From NCBI GenBank assembly GCA_032718475.1, contig JAUCBJ010002409.1, positions 1 to 64,000 on the forward strand: DNA of 64,000 nt, read 5' to 3'. The translations under genes were made by a program, and so were the position numbers. How positions within the stretch are numbered: position 1 is the stretch's first letter; each line of letters opens with the position of its first letter. Below the pieces are notes generated by a model. That model searched no databases, had not been told where the DNA came from, and saw only the letters and a list, made by a program, of their open reading frames with translations. Source of the DNA: Nemertoderma westbladi. Its lineage: Eukaryota; Animalia; Xenacoelomorpha. Below are positions 1 to 12,300 of this stretch, in pieces.

Positions 1-3000
1 GAGAAAGCGATCTTCCTCCATTTGTTGCGCAGCCAACTCGGTAGTGCCTGCGCTATCGTGGTGATGTTATTGGACGCGTTGAGCTCGTATGGCGCGTCTA
101 GCGTCTTCAGCACGATCAGCGCCTTCTCGACTTTGTTAGCAAACGTCTTAATGCTAACGGGGTTATCCTGTAGGCCACCCGATGTTATGCCTCTCAGCGT
201 CTGCCTGATGATCTTGGCCGGGTGCCCGTATTCCCTATCCAGTGCCCGCCATGCTGTCGTGAAGCCGCCCTCTATTCCTTGGTATTGCCTCACGATGTCG
301 TATGCTGGGCCTCCCGTGTACACTTGTAGATACTTTAGGCACTCCGCCTGCGTCAAGTTTTTTGTTAGTATTTCGTTACTATACATTCGCCGAAACTGTA
401 AGTATTCTTCCGGCCTGCTCCCATCGAATTTGAACGGTTCCACGGGTGGTAATTCGATCCTCGTTTTCAACGCATCGATCAACGTGGCCATCCCCATTGC
501 CTGCGCTTCTAATGGATTCGACGGGTGCTGTATAGTTTCCCCTGTCTGGTGCGGTTCGTCCGTCCTATTTCTTGATCTTCTCTGACTCGGATATGTCATC
601 GGGGGTAGCGGCCCCCTCCATATGTCTGTATCACACGACCTGTTTTCATCTAGGGGTCTCGTTGTTCTTGTTCCTGTCGGGGTATATTGTTGATATTGTG
701 ATGGGGGAATGTCACCCTGTCCCCCCCCCCACCGGTATGTCTGGTACTGGGGTTGATGTTAATATGTTGGGGCCCATACACCTATCCGCAATAATTCCCC
801 CCTCCCCTGGGTATATGTTATGTCCCTGCATGCTGTAGTCATACTGCTGTGCTGGTACCGGTATAGGCCTATCAGCTTCTGGCCTACTCGCCGGTATGTA
901 TTCCGCGACTTCCGGGTTTAATCCCGTTGTCCGCGCTATCCTATCGCCTACATTGCCTCTCTCAGTATGGCCTACGGTATGTGCAGTAAGACCTACAGTA
1001 TGCCCTACAGTCTGCATGTGTTGCTCGGGATCGAAGTTTATTCTTCTCGAATAATCCTCCCCGCGGCTACCGTATTCTCGATCGGTAGGTATATTCCGTC
1101 GGAAAGTTTCTCTTCGACCCCTCTCTCCACTGTTTTCATCTTCGTACCGGTACATCGCGTACCCCTCTCTCGGCGTGTAATGCGTCTCACCGGATCGCAT
1201 CCCTCCGGGGCGACGGCAATCTCCCGGAGTCCGACCCCACTGACTCTCCGTTCTCATCTCGACTACCGACGGCTCGCTGTCCGTCCTCGCTCTTCTATCT
1301 TTTGCGGCGATACTTCTACTACTCTCTTCCTCTCTTCTCCTATCAGTGGAATATTCCCGCTCACGAGATCTCTCGTCGACCTCCCGGTTAAACCCCACTG
1401 TTCTTCTTTCCTCCTCTGATCGGGCTCGACGCTCCGTCTGCCCTCCCGCGACGTCAACCTGTCTTTCTCTGCTCGATCGCACGTCGCCGGGGATACTCGC
1501 AATCCCCCTATTACTTTCCGTCGCCGGTTGTTGCGGTTTACCTTGTTCGGCCCTCGCATTGTCCGCTGACGGCTGTGGGACACTCTCTGCCCCCCCCCCC
1601 CCTCGCCGCTAACTCTCTGTTGTGGGGCCCTTGTAGCCCCCCCCCACCCGCTACATTCTACTTCGCTACCTCTCGCCCCGCTACTATATATCTCTCTAGT
1701 CGACACATCAACCCTATCACAGTCGGGTCTGTTCACCCCCGCCTCTCCCTCTGCTATTGCGTGGCCTTCCAGGCCCTCTACTCCCTGCCTACCAACTACG
1801 CGGCCTACCAGGCCCTCTGCTCCCTGTCTACTAACTACGCGGCCTACCAGGCCCTCTGCTCCCTGTCTACTAACTACGTGGCCTACCAGGCCCTCTGCTC
1901 CCTGGTTACGTAGGCCCGACGTGTTTACATTAATAGCACCCATATTGGAAACGGAATTAATTTGCTCATTTGAAACAAAATCATTTGTATTATTCTGCGC
2001 GACTACGTTATCTGAATTATTTTGTAAATTCGGGCTAAGATCATTATTTGAATTATTCGAATTATTCTGTGTAATTGCGTTATTTAAGTTATTTTGTAGG
2101 TCCGAATTCGAGTTATTATTTTGATTATTTGAATTATTTTGCGTAACTACATCAATATTAGGATTATTTTCTACATTAACACTGGGATTGTTCTGATTTA
2201 AATTTAAATTACTACCACTAGGCAAAGTATTTCCTGTAATAAAGGTTTGATTAGCGTTATCCCATACGGTACTATTAATATCAACAACGTCTACTGTACC
2301 ATTATTATTACCCCTCCCGCCCGTACGGTCGCACCAGTTTTGGGTCTGTCGTGCGGTCCCTGTCAGTGGAGTATTAATAAATATATCTACGGCCCTCGGC
2401 TCCTCAAAAATACTCGAGCCGGCCCCGGTTTCAGACGGCGTCGCTTGCACGTATTCCAACTCGTGCTCCCCTCTAATTATATTTCCCGCAAACTCACTCT
2501 TCCGTTTCTCTAATTCCTTGCGCTCTTTTTCACTCTCTGCCACTTTCCCCTCACGCTCCTGGGTGTCCTTGATGGCCGAGTCTGCGGCACTCTTAATGCT
2601 CTCCCTTCGTCTCGCCTCACGCTCTTTGCGTTCCTTTTCCTTTCTCGTCTCATATTCCTTGCGTTCCTTTTCCCTTTTTGCCTCACGTTCCTTGCGTTCC
2701 TCTTCCATTCTCGCCTCACGCTCCTTGCGTTCCGCCTCACGCTCCTTGCGTTCCTCGTCTTCCCTTGCCTCACGCTCTCTGCGTTCCCTTTCCTCTCTCG
2801 CTTCACGCTCCCTACACTCCCTTTCCTCTATCTCATCATACTCCCTTAGGCTTTTCAAAGCCCTTTCGGCCCTTTCTCCGGTTTCTCTAAGCAATACCGT
2901 TTCCCTCTCTAACCGCACTCTTCCCTCCTCTAGCCGTTCCTTCATTTCTCTCTGACCTTGCTCTGCCATGCTGAGACGGTATGCGGCTCCTATTTTTCTC

Positions 3001-3908
3001 ACCGCTCTTTCTTTCGCGGAGGATGTAGCAGACTTATCGGTTACGACGGACTTCCCCCGCCTTCCCGACCTACTAACTTTCTCCCACTTCCCGGAGCTTT
3101 CTCCGACCGACGAGGCCGAATCCTCGGTGTTAACCTCGGATTCGCCCCCTTCGAGTCCCCTCCAACCCACCGGTTTTACTCCCCGGGCATCGATTAAGTA
3201 TGGCCCTATGTACACTGGCGCTATACTAGGTCCCATACTCCCACACTCCCATAGTTCAAACAGTTCGCCTGCAATTCCCTTTGCTCTCTCCCCGGCTAGT
3301 TCTCTCTGCCCAAAACGTATCAGGTAATTTAAGTGTCTATCCGACTCACCTAGTCGCTTTCTCAGTCTCACCTCGTCTATCTTCGCCCCTTCCTTCTTGG
3401 CGTCGTTTATCAGCTTCCGGGTCGCGTTGTAGGCCCGTCGAAGTCGGTCAGAAACCCCGACGTCCTCGTCGCCGACCTCTCCTCCGTCCCTCCGGGTTCG
3501 ACGTCGTACCGGCGGCTCCACCGTCGCCGTTCCGGTGGGCCGTCCGTCGCCCTCGGCCTGTAGCTGGCCGGCGACATCGGTACTAATCTCTCCTCCGTCT
3601 CTTCGCGTCCGGCGTCGCACCGTCGGCCCCACCGATTCGGTGGGCCGCTCGTCGCCCTCGGCCGGTAGCTGGCCGGCGACATCGGCGCGCCGTCCTCCGT
3701 CCCGTGTCGACTCATCTCCTTCTCCCTCCGTCTCGCTCTCTCTCTCTCTCGGCTCGACTTCGGGTTCCAGGCCCTCCTCGTCCTGTGCTTCCGGTTCGCC
3801 CGTTATCGATGGCTCCGGCGTCGTGGGCCTGTATCGTTTGGTCGCGGCCTCGCGGATCGTTAGGTCTTCGTCCGGGGTCCGCGTCGGTGTCTCGCCCGAT
3901 TCACTCAT
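1..3908 (-). CDS. BEL/Pao Gag polyprotein, N-terminal part (coiled-coil, Asn-rich and repeat segments, then DUF1759-like domain); frameshifted
   Basis: ATG at 3908. ORFs 1263-3908 and 712-1482 and an open frame running off the left edge can be joined by frame changes at poly-C runs (about 1590-1645 and 721-730). Confidence 0.72.
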
Positions 3909-4086
3909 CTCGTTTGTGGCTGATGATTCGGCTAGCTAGGTTGCAGTTCTTAGAGTTTAACTAGGGCGGCAGCTCGGTTTTAGTTACTGTGTTTAGCTGG
4001 GGAAGCAACACCGTTTTAGTTACTGTCTAGGGGAGCAGTTGTTTAGTTACTGTGACGGGATCCAGGAGGGATCCCGATTTATCCGA

Positions 4087-4588
4087 TGTGGTATTTAGTC
4101 CACGCGTCCCCGCCGTGTATAAGAGTGAAATAGAGATAACTGAGTTCTGAAGTTCGGTGTATAATAATAGGTTATAGGATATAGATATATTGTGAATTAT
4201 ACGGTGGGCGGGATACGGTAACTAAAGTCCCGTGATCCCCTAACTAAACTAATTGGCTGTACCCTACGCTAGCACTGCTGCACTGAGATAACTGAATCAC
4301 TGATTAATAGGTTATTGGTTATATTGCACGGTGGCCTTACTGCTACTCAATCGATGCCATTCCCCCCTCTGATTGGTTAATACCCTTGTTGGCGCCCCGT
4401 GGAGTATTCCCGTTCACTCCACCTGTTCTCCTTGGGTTAGGGGTTTGGCCCCTGACCCTCTATTGTGTGCTTCCTTCCCACTCTTATTGGGATGGCACGA
4501 GTTGGTTAATTGCCCAATCTCGTGGCTCCCAATATTGCTTATCGGCTAATAACTTTATGGGGTGTTGGCGGGATTGAATAAGCTAACA
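4087..4588 (-). repeat. Putative 5' LTR (TGT...ACA, about 500 bp)
   Basis: The outer TG end at 4588 is clear. The inner end (...ATACCACA at 4087) is a guess because the second LTR is outside the window and no canonical TGG PBS follows. Confidence 0.45.
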
Positions 4589-5902
4589 GGTAGGCATATG
4601 GAGTCATTCACATCAACCTTTAGGTAGGTATATGGAGTCATTCATACATACCTTTAGGTAGGCATATGGAGTCATTCACACATACCTTTAGGTAAGCATA
4701 TGGAGTCATTCACACATACCTTTAGGTAGGCATATGGAGTCATTCACACATACCTTTAGGTAGGCATATGGAGTCATTCACACATACCTTTATGTAGGCA
4801 TATGGAGTCATTCATACATACCTTTAGGTAGGCATATGGAGTCATTCACACAAACCTTTAGGTAGGTATATGGAGTCATTCATACATACCTTTAGGTAGG
4901 CATATGGAGTCATTCACACATACCTTTAGGTAGGCATATGGAGTCATTCACACATACCTTTAGGTAGGCATATGGAGTCATTCACACATACCTTTAGGTA
5001 GGCATATGGAGTCATTCACACATACCTTTAGGTAGGCATAGGGAGGCATTCACACATACCTTTAGGTAGGCATATGGAGTCATTCATACATACCTTTAGG
5101 TAGGCATATGGAGTCATTCACACATACCTTTAGGTAGGCATATGGAGGCATTCACACATACCTTTAGGTAGGCATATGGAGTCATTCATACATCCCTTTA
5201 GGTAGGCATATGGAGTTATTCATACATACCTTTAGGTAGGCATATGGAGCCATTCACATATATCTTTATGTAGGCATATGGAGTCATTCATACATCCCTT
5301 TAGGTAGGCATATGGAGTCATTCACACATACCTTTAGGTAGGCATATGGAGGCATTCACACATACCTTTAAGTAGGCATATGGAGTCATTCATACATCCC
5401 TTTAGGTAGGCATATGGAGTTATTCATACATACCTTTAGGTAGGTATATGGAGTCATTCATACATACCTTTAGGTAGGCATATGGAGTCATTCACACATA
5501 CCTTTAGGTAGGCATATGGAGTCATTCACACATACCTTTAGGTAGGCATATGGAGTCATTCACACATACCTTTAGGTAGGCATATGGAGTCATTCACACA
5601 TACCTTTAGGTAGGCATATGGATGCATTCACACATACCTTTAGGTAGGCATATGGAGTCATTCATACATACCTTTAGGTAGGCATATGGAGTCATTCACA
5701 CATACCTTTAGGTAGGCATATGGAGGCATTCACACATACCTTTAGGTAGGCATATGGAGTCATTCATACATCCCTTTAGGTAGGCATATGGAGTTATTCA
5801 TACATACCTTTAGGTAGGCATATGGAGCCATTCACATATATCTTTATGTAGGCATATGGAGTCATTCATATATCCCTTTAGGTAGGCATATGGAGTTATT
5901 CA
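4589..5902. repeat. 34-bp tandem array (gtaggcatatggagtcattcacacatacctttag), about 38 copies
   Basis: Period 34 read directly (e.g. 4624 and 4658); each junction reads CTTTAG|GTAGGC. Confidence 0.97.
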
Positions 5903-5994
5903 TGGTCTATTTTTGTCTTTTATCTTTTAAATTGCAATTTTGATGATGACAGCATGCAAACCCTACCCTTACATTATTATATTGGTTCCCAATT

Positions 5995-6141
5995 CCCATT
6001 GTATTGGCCAGTGTAGTATGATAGCCTGTGTAAGCTGTTCCAGGCAAAGCACTGTGGCCAAACATTTCGCTCCCACCAGGGGTCGAACCGTTGCCTTCTC
6101 ATTGTATTTCCAGAATTTCACAACTACACCAAATTGCTACC
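5995..6141 (-). mobile_element. Possible degenerate tRNA-derived SINE head
   Basis: The minus strand has A-box-like TGGTGTAGTTG and B-box-like GGTTCGACCCC with tRNA-like spacing. No full cloverleaf is visible. Confidence 0.3.
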
Positions 6142-6274
6142 AGGCCCCCATAATATTTCATTGTCATTCTTATTTATTTCATCTGTAATTTTATTATGAC
6201 TGTCCAAATATTTAAATAATAAAGTAATTAACGGCACATATGTTTGAATATTTGTTTATTTTTATATATTTTAG

Positions 6275-6397
6275 GTGCGTTGGGGTGATAGCGTTGAGTT
6301 GTTTCAGGCGCAGATAAACAACGTTGTTGGCGATGTGTTTATCGCTTCGGCTTGTGTTGCTTATTACGGCGCTTTCACTAGCGAGTATAGACATCAG
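6275..6397 (+). CDS. DNAH6: Dynein heavy chain exon (VRWGDSV...[12 protein letters not shown])
   Basis: ttttag| and |gtatgt boundaries; 41 codons. Confidence 0.88.
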
Positions 6398-9300
6398 GTA
6401 TGTGATAACATATTAGTTTCCTATTATAGCTCGTTTAATTCGTCGTCACCATAACAGTTGTTTATTGCAGTTGGTATATTTCTCTGTAACAATTGTAACT
6501 TTTAGCTACAGAGGGTATACTTGGTAAAGGAATGAATGAATGGAAAAGGTAACTGTTTGTTGCATATGTTATATGGCGTTGTAACAATTATAACTTTTTG
6601 TTACATATGTTATTTGGCGTTGTAACAATTATAACTTTTTGTTACATATGTTATTTGGCGTTGTAACAATTATAACTTTTTGTTACATATGGTATATGGC
6701 GTTGTAACAATTATAACTTTTTGTTACATATGTTATTTGGCGTTGTAACAATTATAACTTTTTGTTACATATGTTATTTGGCGTTGTAACAATTATAACT
6801 TTTTGTTACATATGGTATATGGCGTTGTAACAATTATAACTTTTTGTTACATATGTTATTTGGCGTTGTAACAATTATAACTTTTTGTTACATATGTTAT
6901 TTGGCGTTGTAACAATTATAACTTTTTGTTACATATGTTATTTGGCGTTGTAACAATTATAACTTTTTGTTACATATGTTATTTGGCGTTGTAACAATTA
7001 TAACTTTTTGTTACATATGTTATTTGGCGTTGTAACAATTATAACTTTTTGTTACATATGTTATTTGGCGTTGTAACAATTATAACTTTTTGTTACATAT
7101 GGTATATGGCGTTGTAACAATTATAACTTTTTGTTACATATGTTATTCGGCGTTGTAACAATTATAACTTTTTGTTACATATGGTATATGGCGTTGTAAC
7201 AATTATAACTTTTTGTTACATATGTTATTCGGCGTTGTAACAATTATAACTTTTTGTTACATATGTTATTTGGCGTTGTAACAATTATAACTTTTTGTTA
7301 CATATGGTATATGGCGTTGTAACAATTATAACTTTTTGTTACATATGTTATTCGGCGTTGTAACAATTATAACTTTTTGTTACATATGTTATTTGGCGTT
7401 GTAACAATTATAACTTTTTGTTACATATGGTATATGGCGTTGTAACAATTATAACTTTTTGTTACATATGTTATTTGGCGTTGTAACAATTATAACTTTT
7501 TGTTACATATGGTATATGGCGTTGTAACAATTATAACTTTTTGTTACATATGTTATTTGGCGTTGTAACAATTATAACTTTTTGTTACATATGTTATTTG
7601 GCGTTGTAACAATTATAACTTTTTGTTACATATGGTATATGGCGTTGTAACAATTATAACTTTTTGTTACATATGGTATATGGCGTTGAAACAATTATAA
7701 CTTTTTGTTACATATGGTATATGTCGTTGTAACAATTATAACTTTTTGTTACATATGGTATATGTCGTTGTAACAATTATAACTTTTTGTTACATAATAT
7801 GTTATATGTCGTTGTAAGAATTGTAACTGTTGGTACAGATGGTATTTGTCATTGTAGTAACAATGGTAACTGTTGGTTACCGAGGGTATATGTCGTTGTA
7901 ACAATGGTAACTGTTTGTTACAGATGGTATATCGTTGTAACAATGGTAACTGTTTGTAACAGATGGTATATCGTTGTAACAATGTTAATTGTTGTTACAG
8001 ATGGAATATGTCGTTGTAACAATAGTAACTGTTTGTTACATATGTTATATGTCGTTGTAACTATGACAACTGTTTGTTTTCAGCTGGTGGAGATGTGGGT
8101 GAACCGATGTATAGACCTAGAAGTGCCTGTTACATCCGGTATAACGTTAACCAACGTTCTAGCCGACCCATTTGAGATCCGTCAATGGAACGCCGACGGG
8201 TTGCCTAGAGACGCAGTGTCAACAGAGAATGCCATACTCGTAACTAGAGGGCGACGTTGGCCCTTAATGATAGACCCACAGGAACAAGCCAACAGGTAAA
8301 TTATTGCCACCGTTATAGTCCACAAATTATAACTACAGTAGGACCAAACCGTTTTTGGCGCCTTCACCCATGATGGAGTAAGTACTATTTCAGCGGTAGC
8401 TGTTGTCAGAAAAAGTCTTTTTACAGACTATGTGTATTTGTGTACCAAGTTTGGTTTAATATCATCAAAGACAGACTTAAATTATTAGTATTAGTCTTCG
8501 CACATTAGGCTCCAGGTCCAGACAACGGTTGAAACATCGTTACCCGTTCGTATACTTAATTAATGGGATTCTTAACTACCCATTCGGATAGGTTTTAACA
8601 AATTATTTAATTATAATTTTAATATATAATTATTCCCCGGGTGAAATATAATTGACCATCGCAATAATCAAGTAATCCAAATATTCATTGTAATTATACA
8701 AATTTTAGGTGGATCCGAAATCGTGAGGCCAAGAACGGTCTCAAAGTCATCAAGTTGACTGACAATAACTTCCTAAGGACACTCGAGAACTGTATACGTA
8801 TAGGAATGCCAGTCCTGTTGGAAGATGTGGCTGAAACATTGGATCCAGCGTTGGAACCCATACTCCTCAAACAGACGTTCATACAGGTAGTCCAGACATT
8901 CATACAGGTAGTCCAGACATAGGTAGTCCAGACATTCATACAGGTAGTCCAGACATAGGTAGTCCAGACATTCATACAGGTAGTCGAGACATTCACACAG
9001 GTAGTCGAGACATTCATACAGGTAGGCATATGGAGTCATTCACATAAACCTTTAGGTAAGTATATGGAGTCATTCATACATACCTTTAGGTAGGCATATG
9101 GAGTCATTCACACATACCTTTAGGTAGGCATATGGAGTCATTCACACATACCTTTATTTAGGCATATTGAGTCATTCATACATACCTTTAGGTAGGCATA
9201 TGGAGTCATTCACACATACCTTTAGGTAGGCATATGGAGTCATTCACACATACCTTTAGGTAGGTATATGGAGTCATTCACACATACCTTTAGGTAGGCA

Positions 9301-12300
9301 TATGGAGTCATTCACACATATCTTTAGGTAGGTATATGGAGTCATTCACACATACCTTTAGGTAGGCATATGGAGGCATTCACACATACCTTTAGGTAGG
9401 CATATGGAGTCATTCATACATCCCTTTAGGTAGGCATATGGAGTTATTCATGGTCTATTTTTGTCTTTTATCTTTTAAATTGCAATTTTGATGATGACAG
9501 CATGCAAACCCTACCAGGGGACATTCATACAGGTAGTCCAGACATTCATACAGGTAGTCGAGACATTCACACAGGTAGTCGAGACATTCATACAGGTAGT
9601 CCAGACATTCATACAGGTAGTCGAGACATTCACACAGGTAGTCCAGACATTCATACAGGTTGTCCAGATATTCATACAGGTAGTCCAGACATTCACATAG
9701 GTAGTCCAGACATTCATACAGGTAGTCCAGACATTCATACAGGTAGTCCAGACATTCATACAGGTAGTCCAGACATTCATACAGGTAGTCGAGACATTCA
9801 CACAGGTAGTCCAGACATTCATACAGGTACTCCAGATATTCATACAGGTAGTCCAGACATTCACATAGGTAGTCCAGACATTCATACAGGTAGTCCAGAC
9901 ATTCATACAGGTAGTCCAGACATTCATACAGGTAGTCCAGACATTCATACAGGTAGTCGAGACATTCACACAGGTAGTCCAGACATTCATACAGGTAGTC
10001 GAGACATTCATACATGTAGTCCAGACATTCATACAGGTAGTCCAGACATTCATACAGGTAGTCCAGATATTTACACAGCTGGTAGTCGAGACATTCACAC
10101 AGGTAGTCCAGACATTCATACAGGTAGTCCAGACATTCATACAGGTAGTCGAGACATTCACACAGGTAGTCGAGACATTCATACAGGTAGTCCAGACATT
10201 CATACAGGTAGTCCAGACATTCATACAGGTAGTCCAGACATTCACACAGGTAGTCGAGACATTCATACAGGTAGTCCAGACATTCATACAGGTAGTCCAG
10301 ACATTCACACAGGTAGTCGAGACATTCATACAGGTAGTCCAGACATTCACACAGGTAGTCCAGACATTCATACAGGTAGTCGAGACATTCATACAGGTAG
10401 TCCGGACATTCATACAGGTAGTCCAGACATTCACACAGGTAGTCGAGACATTCATACAGGTAGTCCAGACATTCACACAGGTAGTCCAGACATTCATACA
10501 GGTAGTCGAGACATTCATACAGGTAGTCCAGACATTCACACAGGTAGTCCAGACATTCATACAGGTAGTCCAGATATTCATACAGGTAGTCCAGACATTC
10601 ACACAGGTAGTCCAGACATTCATACAGGTAGTCCAGACATTCATACAGGTAGTCCAGACATTCATACAGGTAGTCCAGACATTCACACAGGTAGTCGAGA
10701 CATTCATACAGGTAGTCCAGATATTCACACAGGTAGTCGAGACATTCACACAGGTAGTCCAGACATTCATACAGGTAGTCCAGACATTCATACAGGTAGT
10801 CCAGACATTCACACAGGTAGTCCAGACATTCATACAGGTAGTCGAGACATTCATACAGGTAGTCCAGACATTCATACAGGTAGTCCAGACATTCACACAG
10901 GTAGTCGAGACATTCATACAGGTAGTCCAGACATTCACACAGGTAGTCCAGACATTCATACAGGTAGTCCAGACATTCATACAGGTAGTCGAGACATTCA
11001 TACAGGTAGTCGAGACATTCACACAGGTAGTCGAGACAGACATTCATACAGGTAGTCCAGACATTCATACAGGTAGTCCAGACATTCATACAGGTAGTCC
11101 AGACATTCATACAGGTAGTCGAGACATTCATACAGGTAGTCGAGACATTCATACAGGTAGTCGAGACATTCATACAGGTAGTCGAGACATTCATACAGGT
11201 AGTCCAGATATTCACACAGGTAGTCCAGACATTCATACAGGTAGTCGAGACATTCATACAGGTAGTCCTGACATTCATACAGGTAGTCGAGACATTCATA
11301 CAGGTAGTCGAGACATTCACACAGGTAGTCGAGACAGACATTCATACAGGTAGTCCAGACATTCACACAGGTAGTCCAGATGTCCAGACATTCATACAGG
11401 TTATCCAAGTCCATTAATTTATACATTAATTATAGAGAAATTGAATTTAATTATTTTCGCCTACTTCTTTCAATCGGGTTAGTCAACGTGTCGGACATCA
11501 ATTATGGAAGACACCTGTTCCATCGCACGACGTTCAATGTCTCAACCACTGTCCCGATATTGTCTCATATCGAAATAAATGCTGAGTTACCGTGGTGACA
11601 GTGGTCAGCATAGATGTAAATAAAGCACAGTGACTTAAATGACTTTTCAATATAAGTAAGCAAAACAGCATCATATAGGTATTATTCTCAACTATTTTAT
11701 TGATTGGTATTTCTTTCTAACTCATTATTCCTTGATCTCATTCGTAGGGCGGCCGATTACTCATCCGTTTGGGAGACTCGGATATCGATTACGATAAAAA
11801 TTTCCGTTTCTACATGACCAGCAAGATGGCCAATCCGCATTATCTACCCGAAATCTGCATTAAAGTTACCATTATTAACTTTACTGTAACCCGAAGTGGA
11901 TTGGAGGATCAGTTGCTAAGGTAGGTATCTCATAGCTGATTGGTCTATTATATCAGTGATCATTGTAGTTTATAGATAATATAGATTACGATCTTTCAAC
12001 TTTTTATCTCTCCGTATCAGCACTGCTCCGAATTAGGCCTACTAAGATATCTGATAATAAGATTAAAGTTTACTAACACATTGGGTACCTTCTGTAGATG
12101 TAATTTGTTTCCATAGCGACGTTGTTCGATTGGAACGTCCCGATCTGGAGGAGCAACGGAACCAGTTGATCGTCCGAATAAACGCCGATAAAAACCAACT
12201 GAAACTAATCGAAGATCGGATACTCAAACTATTGTTCACCTCGCAGGGGAATATATTGGATGACGAGGAACTCATTAACACTCTCAATGAATCCAAGGTT

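Larger units (their letters stand above)
1..4588 (-). mobile_element. BEL/Pao LTR retrotransposon, 5' portion (5' LTR + gag), antisense in a probable dynein intron; continues past the left edge
   Basis: The minus strand starts TGTTAG at 4588, exactly where the 34-bp satellite begins. Minus-strand translation near 1-480 gives RIELPPVEPFKFDG...ECLKYLQVYTGGPAYDIV...AWRALDREYGHPAKII...LPSWLRNKW, the DUF1759-type gag signature of BEL/Pao. Confidence 0.8.

Noticed and set aside
22-3964. Many plus-strand ORFs over the gag region
   Set aside because: Antisense shadows of a GC-rich coding strand with no recognisable motifs.
9455-11426. Long ORFs of 510-628 aa ([21 protein letters not shown] repeats)
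   Set aside because: By-products of a 21-bp unit lacking stops in several frames; they lie in a dynein intron and derive from the exon junction.
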